64,000 bases of DNA from Camelus dromedarius (lineage: Eukaryota): the NCBI RefSeq assembly GCF_036321535.1, contig NC_087462.1:6200001-6264000 (forward strand), read 5' to 3'. A program made the translations under genes and the position numbers. The notes below the pieces were generated by a model, which worked only from the letters and a program-made list of their open reading frames with translations, did not search any database and was not told the origin of the DNA. Shown piece by piece: positions 40,480-51,998 of this stretch; the first letter of the stretch is position 1, and each line of letters opens with the position of its first letter.

Positions 40480-41859
40480 AGCGGCAGCCATGCGACACAC
40501 CCTGCGCTTCTCCCAGCAAGGGTGCTTCCCAGACCTGCAATGGGTCCTTGATTCTCAATTATGATCCCCAGGAGGGGCCCAGTAGGCCAGGGCAGCCTGG
40601 GGGCATCTGGTTGGGGTGATCCAGCGGTCAGGCCGTGGTTCGAACTCTCCCCAGGGACATCCACACAGCCTTAACAATGTCCTTGGAAAGAAGTGAGTTC
40701 CAACAGCCTGTAAAAGACCAGATCAGTAAGGCTAGCCGTAGAGCGCCCCCAACTGGGCCAATCAAATGTCGAGGATCGAAAGCTCAGGCCAATAGGCGAA
40801 TTGCTCAATGCCCTGGGATTGAAAATGATCCAATCAGGACGCGGACAGTTTGTAGCCCGACGGCCAGTCTGGTAAGGCCGAGGCCTGGGCCAAACCGGTT
40901 GCAGCGGGCAGAGGGCATTGGGGCACCCAGGGCCCCGTCCGGCAGGGGAACAAGGGGCCTCTGTGTGGCGATCTGGGCGGGGCGGCTGTCTCTGGGGATG
41001 CGCACAAGCCCTTCTCTGTTCCCAAACTAGGACGGATGTCCCTTCGCCCAGGGGGAGCAGCTGCCTCTATCAGGCCAGGGGCCAGGGCGCCCCTCCAAGG
41101 GGGCGTCTGGGATGGAGATGGTTAGGCTACCCTGGAAGCCCCTCGTCACTCCCAGGCTCACTGGGAACCGGCCTAACCAGACTTTTCTGGAACAGTGCTC
41201 CTGGTGTGCACGTGGTCCTTGCCAGGCGTGTTTCCAGGGACCTGGGGAAGGCTCCCCTTGTGCCCTCGTAAAGGCAGACACTGCACTGGTTCCTCCGAGA
41301 CCCCAGCCCCGACCCGCCCGCCTCCCAAACTGAGGGGAGGCCATGATGTCTGTCTCTCACCCTCTCTGCCCACGCGGTTTTTCTTGCCCTTCCCCCCACG
41401 GCTCAGTTTTCCTTGAGAGGGGGGTGACTCAGGCTTTCATGGAAGCAAATACGGTTCCCCCTCCCCGCGGGGCTGCACGCCCCCTCACTGCTCACATGAC
41501 CTCACACAGCTGCCCCATCCTCCCAGCAGCCAGGACCTCCCAGATGGTCTCCTGTGGCTCCCCCATTCCCATCACCCCCTCCCAGCCTTCCCCACACCGG
41601 ATGTGCCTGGGGAGCAAGGACTCCACCCTGTTTGTTCCAAGGGCCTCACATCTGGATTTCATCCTGGCCGGGGAGGGGGGTTGCCAGCGCCCTGCCCACC
41701 CAACTAGGACCCTCTGTCCCAGGGCAGGGATGGATGGTGCTGATGAGAACAGGCTGCTGGGAATCTTGCCCGGCTAACATTTCCCAAGAGATTGGGCAGA
41801 GGGTACCTAGTCCCAAGCCGTGTGTATGGCAGGAAGAGGGGAGCTAATATTAGCTAATA

Positions 41860-42050
41860 TTAATTGAGTGCTTGCTCTGTGCTAAGTGTGCCTCATGCAT
41901 CATTCAACAGGATTTTCCCATCACCCCTATGAAGTGAGCTTTCTTCTCCCCATTGCACAGGTGAGGCTGTTGAGGCCGAGAGACCAAGTGTCTAATGACT
42001 TGGCCCAAGGTCCCACAGCATGTCAGAGGTGGAGTGGGGCTGAACCCTGT
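41860..42050 (-). mobile_element. MIR (further MIR pieces at about 1460, 11690, 14280, 19240, 26560, 26800, 42420, 46900, 59760, 63200)
   Basis: CCCCATTGCACAGGTGAGGCTGTTGAGGC..GACTTGGCCCAAGGTCCCACAGC. Confidence 0.65.
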
Positions 42051-42710
42051 ATTGCCTGCAAGGTCTATGTCCTTAAAGATGACGTGACCTCTGTGATGCT
42101 CAAACCTCAGGTCCGCCCTGATGTCTCCCCAAGACCTTATCTTGGGAACACCTATGGCCTCAAGGCTTAGACACAGCCTGAAATTCAGGGCAGTAGGTGG
42201 TAATGAACAGGGGATGGTACTATCAGCGGCAAGCATCTTGCTGACCCAGGTTGGCAGGCAGCATGAGGCCCGAGGCTCCAGTGTATTCGAGAAAAGAGAC
42301 AGGCCCTCCAGGTCCTGACCAAGACTCCCTCGCTGGGTAGGTGGGTAAGGCTTCCGGAAATCCACTTTTGTTTCTCATGCTCTTTGCGGGGAGCTTCTGT
42401 TCCTCTGAAAGACAGTGTAGCCTAGAGGATATAGAGGCATTGGAGCGGGTCTCTGAGGCTCTGCCACTTTACTAGCATTGAGGCTTTGGGAAAGTAAATT
42501 AACCTCTCTGGGGTTCCCCTTTGTAAAGCAGAGACGATGATAATTCTGACCACGTGGCCACTCAGCAAGGAGTGACAGGGCTGAGACTAGAACCACAGCC
42601 ATCCAGAGTCAGGCCAGGCAGCAGCCACAGCACTGACCTGTCTGTCTGTCTGTCTTTTCTCTCTGCAGCTTTGACAGCCCCATGGCCCCAGCTGGCCACT
42701 GAGCCCCACC

Positions 42711-43769
42711 ATGGGCAACCTGTACTCAGAGTACCTAAGCCCCAGCAAGGTTCGGGAACACTATAATCACACCAAGGAGACGCTGGACACGCGGGAGACG
42801 CCCTCCCGCCAGGTGGCCTCAGCCCTCATCATCATCCTCTGCTGCGCCATCGTGGTGGAGAACCTGCTGGTACTCATCGCAGTCGCGCGCAACAGCAAGT
42901 TCCACTCGGCCATGTACCTGTTCCTGGGCAACCTGGCTGCCTCAGACCTGCTGGCGGGTGCGGCCTTCATCGCCAATACCTTGCTCTCTGGCCGTTTCAC
43001 GTTCGGGCTGACACCTGTGCAGTGGTTTGCCCGTGAGGGCTCGGCCTTCATCACGCTCTCTGCCTCTGTCTTCAGCCTCCTGGCCATAGCCATCGAGCGG
43101 CACGTGGCCATTGCCAAGGTCAAGCCCTACGGCAGCGACAAGAGCTGCCGCATGCTGCTGCTCATCGCGGCCTCGTGGCTCATCTCGCTGGTTCTCGGCG
43201 GGCTGCCCATCCTGGGCTGGAATTGCCTGGGCCACCTGGAGGCTTGCTCCACCGTTCTGCCGCTCTACGCCAAGCCCTACGTGCTCTGCGTGGTAAGCAT
43301 CTTCTCTGTCATCTTACTGGCCATTGTAGCTCTGTACATCCGCATCTACTGTGTGGTGCGCTCCAGCCAGGCTGATGTGGCTGGCCCGCAGACGCTGGCC
43401 CTGCTCAAGACAGTCACCTTCGTGCTAGGTGTCTTCATTGTCTGCTGGCTGCCCGCCTTTAGCATCCTCCTCCTGGACTATGCCTGTCCTGTCCGGGCCT
43501 GCCCTATCCTCTACAAGGCCCACTACTTCTTTGCCTTCGCCACCCTCAACTCGCTGCTCAACCCTGTCATCTACACGTGGCGCAGCCGGGACCTGCGGCG
43601 GGAGGTGTTACGGCCGCTGCAGTGCTGGCACCGGGCGGCAGGGGTGCAGGGACGGCGGGACGGGACCCCGGGCCACCGCCTCCTGCCCCTCCGCAGCTCC
43701 AGCTCACTGGAGAGGGGCATGCACATGCCCACATCGCCCACATCTCTGGAGGGCAACACGGTGGTCTGA
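42711..43769 (+). CDS. S1PR2: Sphingosine-1-phosphate receptor 2 (EDG5), 352 aa, single coding exon
   Basis: Intact ORF with 7-TM class A GPCR motifs (ENLLV, LAASDLL, ERH, CWLP, NPVIY) and C-terminal PDZ-type TVV. Strong Kozak (ccaccATGG). Splice acceptor ctgcag| lies 42 nt upstream, so the exon starts at 42669. Confidence 0.99.
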   Translation: MGNLYSEYLSPSKVREHYNHTKETLDTRETPSRQVASALIIILCCAIVVENLLVLIAVARNSKFHSAMYLFLGNLAASDLLAGAAFIANTLLSGRFTFGLTPVQWFAREGSAFITLSASVFSLLAIAIERHVAIAKVKPYGSDKSCRMLLLIAASWLISLVLGGLPILGWNCLGHLEACSTVLPLYAKPYVLCVVSIFSVILLAIVALYIRIYCVVRSSQADVAGPQTLALLKTVTFVLGVFIVCWLPAFSILLLDYACPVRACPILYKAHYFFAFATLNSLLNPVIYTWRSRDLRREVLRPLQCWHRAAGVQGRRDGTPGHRLLPLRSSSSLERGMHMPTSPTSLEGNTVV

Positions 43770-44831
43770 GGGGCAAGTGGGCCAACAACCAGGCCACAGC
43801 AAAGGGCTCTGTGGAGAAGCGCCAGGTGACCTGGGAGAGAGACTTGGGGCTGCCAAGCAAGATGCCCCCATTCCAGAGACTTGGGTGATGTTGAAGATAT
43901 TTCACATCTGGGACGGCCGACTGAGGCACTGACCAGTTGGATGGCAGAGCTGTGGCAGGGGCCTGGAGGCCAGCACAGTGGCCGGCGTGACCTCCTCGGA
44001 ACTGGATCATGAGGACAAGGCGGGAGGCTGGGGGGTCCTGGAAAGGGCCCAGGTGACAGCAGACAGGTGCTCAAGAGGAGCACAGCACAGGAGCAATTTA
44101 CAACCTGGTACAAAGGATTTCAGCATTTCACAACTGTCTGATCTTCTGCCCTGTGCCAGAGTCACCTCTCAGACTTCACCCCACCTTGCCACCTTCTGGC
44201 AACCTCAGGCAACTTCCCTGGAACCACTGTCCTCAGGGGCTGGAGGCCTCCTCTCTGACTGTTCTGGGTAGCCCCGCCTAGCGGTTCCTGGGCACAAATC
44301 CACAGCTTCCCTAAATTTCACCAGCTGCCACTTTGGCAACTTCTTCCCTTTCTTCCCATTCTGCTAGATGCCAGGAAACCACATAGGGGTGGGAGGCTAA
44401 ACCCCATTCTCAGACCTCATTGGCCAGTTGCACTATTTGGGGCACAGAGGGATCGCCAAGGGCTGGAAAAACTGGTCTGGGGGCCTGAGGAGGGCTCTGG
44501 GCCTCCCGGTGGGGCAGGGTGGAACTTGAGAAAGTTCTGGAGGAGCTGTTGGTACAGGACCCTCTACCTCCCCCCCAAAAAACAAGCACCCCCAAGCTAA
44601 CTCCCACCTCCAGCCCCAGCCAAGGTACCAGATCTCCTAAGGCAGGGCAGCCTTGAGCCCGCTGTGCCTCCTTTCCAATTGTATTGAACAGAGCACGGGG
44701 GTGAGGATGCCAAGGACAACTGGGGGATGCTCTCTTTTAACCTGCTCCAGAAGGACTTTGCTAAATTCTGTGGATAGATGGAAGGGACATTGCGGTACAA
44801 ATGTATATTTATGTGTGTCAGTGTCTGTTCA

Positions 44832-44835
<4 letters not shown>

Positions 44836-44881
<46 letters not shown>
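44836..44881. repeat. (TG)n microsatellite, about 22 units, in the S1PR2 3' UTR region
   Basis: Seen directly. Confidence 0.95.
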
Positions 44882-45184
44882 CCCCTCTCCTCACCATGTT
44901 TCCCCAGAATGGATGCTTTTTTTGTCTCCTCGTGTCTGTGTTGAAGCTGCCAAAGAGGGGTCTGGCCCTGGACAGACCCCTTTGTGATTGCTGGCTTAAC
45001 TCCCCGCTTGAGAGCTGAAGTGCAGCTCACCTTGGGGAGGAAAAACCTCATGCCTCAAAGTGATTTCTTGTGACTGCAAAGGCTGGGGGAGGGGGTCTTT
45101 GGGGGACAAGGAGCCACTTGAGGGCTTGTCTCCCCTCATACAGCTCCCCGGATGCCCCTCATGCCCGAGACCCAGGCCCAGGCC

Positions 45185-45190
45185 AATAAA
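45185..45190 (+). terminator. Candidate S1PR2 polyadenylation signal
   Basis: AATAAA about 1.4 kb after the stop codon, followed by a T/GT-rich tract (about 45200-45225). Confidence 0.4.
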
Positions 45191-47310
45191 CGGTTCAACT
45201 TCTTTTTCTGGTGGTTGTCTTTTTAGGCTTAAGGTGGCCGTTCCCCAAGGAGCACCCCTGGCTGGGGGTGGATGGAACAGGAGAGGGTGGCTGCTAGCCA
45301 GACAGCTCATCCTTTGCCACCCTTCCTGTTCCGTGCCCTCATCCCCAGCCCTGCCAGAGCCAAGGTTGCAGTGGCTTCTGAGAAAATGGTAAATGCCAAT
45401 TTCTCCCTAGGGTAATTGTCTGGCCCCTCCCAGGGATTAATTAGGCCCAGGGACTCCCTGCTTTCCTTCTTAGAGAGAACCTGACAGGTGGTGGGGACCC
45501 CCTTCTTCGTTCCAAGAACACGTCCCTCCCAGGGAGCTGGAGAGATGGTCTTGGGAAACACAGGCCCAGATATCCCTCTAAAGCTCAGGATTCCCCAAAG
45601 GAATGGCCGGACTTCATCACGCACTTTTCAGGCTTGAAGACAAACAGGAGGTGGGAATTTTTAGAAACTTCTTTTACGGAGATGTGGGTTCAGAGAAGTT
45701 AAGTGAGCTGCTCAGGGCCACACAGCCAGTTGGGGCAGTGCCTATTCAGCTTTGAACTCAGGCAGGCTGACTCTTGATCCCACCAGCTCCACCACTGAGC
45801 CAGAGAAAGGATCCTCACCCACCTCTTTGCCTTGGAAGGAGTGGCCAGCCCCACCGGGAACCAGGAGATGCCCAGCTGGGATGCAGCTAACAGGTGGGTC
45901 CCTAGCTCAGCTCTAGGGTAACACTCCCTCCTTTGCCCACAGTCACAGGACCCAGTGGCTCCTTTGAAGATAGATCTGGAGCTTTGATGGGGAACCCAGG
46001 CCCTCAAGCTGACACTCCACCCAACAAAGCCAGGGCAGCCAGTGGGAGAGAAGGAGTGGGGCAGACAGCAGCCCAGGGCTGACGCCTGCACCCCACATCG
46101 GAATTTCCCTTCCTCCAGCAGTTCAGAGACAACCTCTGTTTGGAAATCTGAGCCCTGAGCTGGGGTTAGGAGGAGGAAGAGGTACAGGCCAGGCCAGGCC
46201 AGAGTCAACAAATTTCTCCCAAATACCCACGTGCTTCCTTCACCTCCTCCTTCAGGCCTCTGCTCAAACGCCACCTCCTCAGAGAATCCTGCCCTGACTA
46301 CCTTCTTCCCTCTCTCTAGCTCCTCACCTGCTTATCACCTAGCAGTGCAATATAGATTGATTTATATCTCCCCTAATTAAAATACAAGCACAAGGTAGGA
46401 CAGCATCTTATTCACCACTGTCTCTGGCATCTTTCATCATACTCAGCATGTTCCCACTGAAGGGCCTTTGCACGTGCTGTTCCCTCTGCCTGGAGTGATC
46501 TTCCTCCAGACATCTTTGTGATTCTCCTCCTTCAGGTCTGTATACAAATATCACACCCTGGGTGAGGCCTCTGGTTATGCCCTGCAGGCGTTAAAAAAAA
46601 TTCTCCCTCTTTCCCTAGCTACATGCAACACATTTTGTTTCTTTATCTTGTTTGTTTTCTATTTCCCCCTTAAGAATGTCAGCCCCATGACAGCAGAGGT
46701 TTTTGTCTGTCTTATTCCCTCCTCGGCCCCAGGGCTCAGAACAGCGGCCGGCCGTCATGAAGGAGGTGCTCAATAAATGCCGAAAGAAAGTCAAAGCAAA
46801 TGAGAGTATTAAGTGCTGTGAAGAGAATAAAATAGAGAAAGCAACAGTTTTGGGGTTCTGTGGTCTGCAGAGAAGGCAGTATTATTGGCACTCTGACAAG
46901 GAAGGAAACCGAGGCACAGAGAGATCAAGTTAACATGCCCAAGGTTGTGTAGTATGTGAGTGAAAGGGGCCTGGATTTGAACCCGGGCAATCCTTGACTG
47001 AAGGCTGCAATCACATCTGATCCTTTCCTAGTCTGAAGAGCTACTTTGCTAATATCTCTCAAACCTCGGAGCCTAGAGTGGAATAGCCCAACCTGTAGGG
47101 ATGTGAGATGGCTTTCCCCTCTTTTTTCCCTGCAGAGGTGGTTGGCTATTAGGGAGCATCAGAATCACCTGAAAGAACCTGTTGAAATGCCACAGTGATG
47201 CTGACTGAGTAGGTCTCCACTGACCTTAGCAATGCGTATTTTTTGCCAAGCCCCAATGATGTTAGAAAAAAATCTTTTTTTTTAATTAAAAAGAAAACCC
47301 CTCTCTTCTG

Positions 47311-47542
47311 TTTTTTTTGGGGGTAATTAGGTTTGTTTATTTATTTAGTTACTTATTTATTAAGTTCTTTCTTAAAATTAAAAAAGTTTTTCTGACATAT
47401 AGTCGGTTTACAATGTTGTGTTAATTTCTGGTGTTGTTTATTTATTTATTATTATTGTTTGTTAATGGAGGTTCTGGAGATTGAACCCAGGACCTCATGC
47501 ATGCCAAGCATGTGCACTATCACTGACTTGTATACCTTCCTC
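47311..47542 (-). mobile_element. Camelid tRNA-derived SINE (Vic-1 type), interrupted by a short L1 3' fragment
   Basis: Reverse complement contains GTCCTGGGTTCAATCTCCAG and the AAACCTAATTACCCCC tail unit; an L1-end-like insert sits at about 47375-47433. Confidence 0.8.
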
Positions 47543-47596
47543 ACTGAAAAGAATCATGGGACCATCTGCTGAGAAACGTTCTAGACTCCATAATCT

Positions 47597-47880
47597 AGAG
47601 CAACGCTGTCTAGTAGAACTTTCTGTGGCCATTTAGCGTGTTAAAGGTGGCGAGTGTGAAGCTGAATTTTAACTTTAACTTAAATGTAGGGGAAGGATTT
47701 ACTTCAGTGGTAGAGTGTCTGCTTAGCATGCATGAGGTCCTGGGTTCAATCCCTAGTACCTCCATTAAAAAGATAAAAATAAATTAAATAAATAAGCCAA
47801 ATTACCTCCCCCCAGAAAACTAAATAAATAGATGTGAATAGCCGCTTGTGGCTATTAGCTACAGTACTGGCAGCACAATT
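47597..47880. mobile_element. MER3-like hAT element split by a SINE
   Basis: GCTGTCTAGTAGAACTTTCTG ... (SINE) ... AATAGCCGCTTGTGGCTATTAGCTAC; TCTAGA on both flanks. Confidence 0.6.
47689..47830 (+). mobile_element. Camelid tRNA-derived SINE (Vic-1 type) inserted into a MER3
   Basis: CAGTGGTAGAGTG..GCATGCATGAGGTCCTGGGTTCAATCCC with an A-rich tail containing AATTACCTCCCC. Confidence 0.85.
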
Positions 47881-50534
47881 CTAGATTCCATATACCTGGT
47901 TTCTGCAGCCTCTGGGCAGCTGAACTCTCTCAGCATTTTACCACCATTTCAGCAAAAATTCATGTCTTACCATTACTGTGATTGTGAATGACATTATAGC
48001 TTCCACATATCATTTCATGATTTTTGAATATTTCTTTTAATAATGATATCAAGATCAGGCTCAGCTGCTGATGACAAAATGCGATATTAGTAACTTAGAG
48101 ATATTGATTTCTTTCTTATACATAAGGATTTCAGGGGAAATTTGTCCTGGGTAAGAAGGATGGATGCCCACTTACTAGCAGTCCAGGCTCCTGTCTGCCT
48201 TTCTATCTGACTACCTATCTATCTATTCATATATACATCTACCTGAATACTCCTTGTATTTCCCAAGGACAAGGCATTCTCTTATATCCCCTCAGTAAAG
48301 TTATCAAAATCAGCAAATCTACAAACCTTAATCAGCCTTCACCAATTGTCTTATTACCCACCTTTATAGCAGAAAATCCCAGCTCACTTGTTGCATTCAG
48401 TTTTCTTTTTAGTTTCCTTCAATTGGAACAATTTCTGAACCTTTCTTTGTCTTCTGGGACTTTGACGTTTTGGAAAAATGTAGGTCAGTAATTTGGTAGG
48501 ATGTCCTTCAACGTGGGTTTGCCTGATGTTTCCTCCCAATTAAGATTCAGGTTATGCATCTTTGGCAGAAATAATGACAGAAGTGTGTGTCTTTCTCAAT
48601 TAGTTCCATTACTAGCAATGTTGTCTTTGATCACTTGGAGGTATCTGCCAAGTTTCTCCACTTGAAAGTAACTATTTCCTCCTTTGAAATTAACTATCTT
48701 GTGGGGAGGTACTTTGAGACTCTGTGGGTATTCTGTTCCTCATCAAACTTTTACTCATTTAGCATCCATTTGTCTGAATCAACTATTACTCACTGGGTAT
48801 TTTTAGGAAAATCAGGGGATATCACACTGTTTCATTTGTAAATACTCCACTTTTCATCTTAAAAAGAAAGCAACACTTTTTTTTAACTTAACCACAATGA
48901 TCATACTTATCAAAAGTATCAATCTGTTAAAATTTCCCCGTCTCGGCTTTCTTTTTTTTTAATTGAAGTATCGTTGATTTACAATGTTTTGTTAGTTTCA
49001 GGTGTCAGTTTTCTTTTCCGATGTGTTACTTGCTTGAGTCAGAATCCAAATGAGGTCTTCATATGGCATTTTGTTAATGAATCTCTGAAGTACTATTTAA
49101 CAAGTTTGTTTAACCTGGTTAAATTCATTGGTTAACCAGGATAAACCTATTCAACCTTGTTTAACAAGATTTCCTTCTCCCTATTTCCTTTCCTTTCCTT
49201 TCCTTTCTTTTTATTTAATTCATTTGTTTAAGGAGCCAGGTTATTTGCCCTCCAGGGTTTCCCATAGTTTAAAATTGGCTGATGGCATCCCTCTATGTCA
49301 TTTAACATGTTCCTTTGTCCCCAAATTCCAGATTGATATTTTGGGCTTCAATTCTTTGTAGGTGGTGCTGGAAACTTTCACCAGGAGGACATGATGTCTG
49401 GCTATCTCTCTTTTACTGATGACTAAGACGGATCAAGGGGTTCACATGCCATCAGCTGGGTCCTGCCTTTGTCAGTTCCCTATCCAACTGTCCCCTAATG
49501 GTTTGATCATCCATGGACTGTTGCCTGGACCTATCATTTCATTAGCCATCTTCAAAGGGTTTCTAATCTATCTCCCCATCCTCACATTCTGGCCATTTTT
49601 CTCATTTGTCTACAAAGCAAATGTACTGCCCCAAATTCAGGGATCCGACATCCACCTAAATGTCTCATCCAGGAATAGTTAAATCTGTCACAAAAGAGAA
49701 ATGAAGTTGTGTGGGTGTGACTCATTGCCAGTGGCATCTGTGGTGTAAGTTTTAATAGCACATACTCTAAAACAAAAAATCAGATTTGAATCTCAAACCC
49801 AACACCTGACAACACAAGTAGACTTTTGGCAAACCACCTGACTGTTCTCAGCATGTTTCATCATCTGTAAAATGGTATGTTAATAATCCCAACCTTGAAT
49901 ACACAATGGTACTGACACTTTGGGAAACAGTTTGGCAGTTTCTTAGAAAAGCAAGCATAAACTTACTATGCGACCCAGAAATTTGACTCCAGGTATCTAC
50001 CCAAGAGAAATGAGCACCTATGTCCACACAGAGACGTGTGTGTGAATGCTCATAACGGCATTTTTCACAATAGTCCCAAAGTGCAAACAATTCAAATGTC
50101 CATCAGCTGATGAATGGCTAAGCAAAATATGGTTCTTCCATACAGTGGAATATAGCGCAGCAGTTAAAAAGAACAAAATACTGATACACGTAATAACATG
50201 ATGAAACTCAAAACAAATATGCTAGGTGAAAGAAGTCAGATGCAAAATATCACAAATTGCATGGTCCATTACATGTCATGTCCATAAGAGGCAAACCTAC
50301 AGAGACAGAAAATAGAGTCGTGGTTGCCTGGGGTTGGAGGCAGGAATGGGATTAAATGTAAACAGGTATGAGGATTCTTATTGGAGTGATGGAAATCTTC
50401 TAAAACTGGATTGTGATGATAGTTGCACAACTTGGCAAATTTTCTAAAAAACATTGATTTTTATGCTTAACATGGATGAAAATTTTGTGGCATATCAATT
50501 TTACTTCAATAAGTTTATTAAAAAAGAATTCCAA

Positions 50535-50709
50535 GGTGGGGGGGTGGTGTATAGCTCAGTGGTAGAGTACATACTTAGCATACACAAGGTCCTGGGTTCA
50601 CTCCCCAGTACCTCCATCAAAATAACTAAATAAACCTAATTACCTCACCCCCAAAAAACCCCAAAACAAAATAAACCCCACAAACAAAACAAATAAATAA
50701 AATATTTTT
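50535..50709 (+). mobile_element. Camelid tRNA-derived SINE (Vic-1 type) with 17-bp TSD
   Basis: A box TAGCTCAGTGG; B-box-like GGTTCACTCCC; identical TSD TTAAAAAAGAATTCCAA at 50518-50534 and 50710-50726 (L1 endonuclease TT/AAAA site). Confidence 0.9.
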
Positions 50710-51072
50710 TTAAAAAAGAATTCCAACCTCTCAAAATACATATTGAACATTCTGTTCTATCTTCAGAGATCTTACATTCTAGTCAGGGAGACAGATCATA
50801 AAAGTAAATATATAATACACTGTTAGGAAGTTTCCATTATGTAAAACAGTACGGAGGTTCCTCAAGATTAAAAATAAAACTATCATATGATCCAGAAACC
50901 CCACTTCTAGGTCCATATCCAAAGGAACTGCAACGAGTATCTTGACAAGGTATCAGCACTTTCATGTTTATTGCAGCATTATTCGCAGTAGTCAAGATAT
51001 GGAAACAACCTAAGTGTCCATCAATGGAAGAATGAATAAAGAAAACATGATGCACATGTACACATATACACA

Positions 51073-51213
51073 NNNNNNNNNNNNNNNNNNNNNNNNNNNN
51101 NNNNNNNNNNNNNNNNNNNNNNNNNNNNNNNNNNNNNNNNNNNNNNNNNNNNNNNNNNNNNNNNNNNNNNNNNNNNNNNNNNNNNNNNNNNNNNNNNNNN
51201 NNNNNNNNNNNNN
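51073..51213. other. Assembly gap (141 N)
   Basis: N run inside an L1, after a (CA/TA) stretch. Confidence 1.
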
Positions 51214-51530
51214 AAAAAGTTGAACTCACGGAAGCAGAGAATAGAAGGGTGGTTGCCTGGGACTGGGGGAAGAGGGAAACGAGGAGATTTTGGCTAAAGG
51301 GTTCAGACTTTCAATTATGAGATTAATAAATTCCAAGGATCTAATATACAGCATGGTGATTGTAGTTAATAATATTGTACAGTATAGCCAGAGTTTGCTA
51401 AGACAGTTCTAACTACACACAAAAAATGGTAACTAAGCGAGGTGATGGTTGTGTTAATTAGCTTGATTGTGGTAATCACTTCACAGTGCTTACCTATATC
51501 ACATCATCATGATGTCCACTTTAGCTTTCC

Positions 51531-51672
51531 TTTTTTTTAATTAAAAAAATTTTGGAGGGGGAGGAGGTAATTAAGTTTATTTATTTATTTTTAAGTGGCA
51601 TTACTGGGGATTGAACCCAGGACCTCGTGAATGCTAAGCATGCACTGTACCACTGAGCTATACTTACACCCA
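51531..51672 (-). mobile_element. Camelid tRNA-derived SINE (Vic-1 type)
   Basis: Reverse complement TATAGCTCAGTGGTACAGTGCATGCTTAGCATTCACGAGGTCCTGGGTTCAATCCCC; inserted in an L1 3' end. Confidence 0.85.
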
Positions 51673-51998
51673 TCCCAACAATGTTCACTTTAAATGTATG
51701 CAATTTTTATTTGTCAACTATACCTCAAGAAAACTGGGGGAAAATACTTAAACTTTCACAAGTTGGGAGTGTGTGAAAAAAAAAAAATACAGCTACCTGA
51801 GCCCTATCGGGGCCCAGAGAATCTAGCTCTAGGGCCTAGGAGTCTGCATTTTCACTCCACATCCCTCCTGATGCAACCCATCCATGACTTACAGTTTTCA
51901 AAGTGCTGATGTGGGGCTGGCTATAGGCTGCAAGACATTGCCCAGAGGAAATACAGCTGGGACAAGGCCACTGCTTTGTCATGTCCATATTGCTAAAT

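Larger units (their letters stand above)
49890..51760 (+). mobile_element. Nested L1 3' fragments (L1MB/ME-like then L1MA-like) with SINE insertions and a gap
   Basis: GGAAACAGTTTGGCAGTTTCTT..GACCCAG; CAACCTAAGTGTCCATCAATGGA; TACAGCATGGTGATTGTAGTTAATAAT. Confidence 0.7.

Noticed and set aside
50535-50610. tRNA-like sequences with A and B boxes
   Set aside because: These are SINE heads with A-rich tails and TSDs; they lack a full cloverleaf, so they are not tRNA genes.
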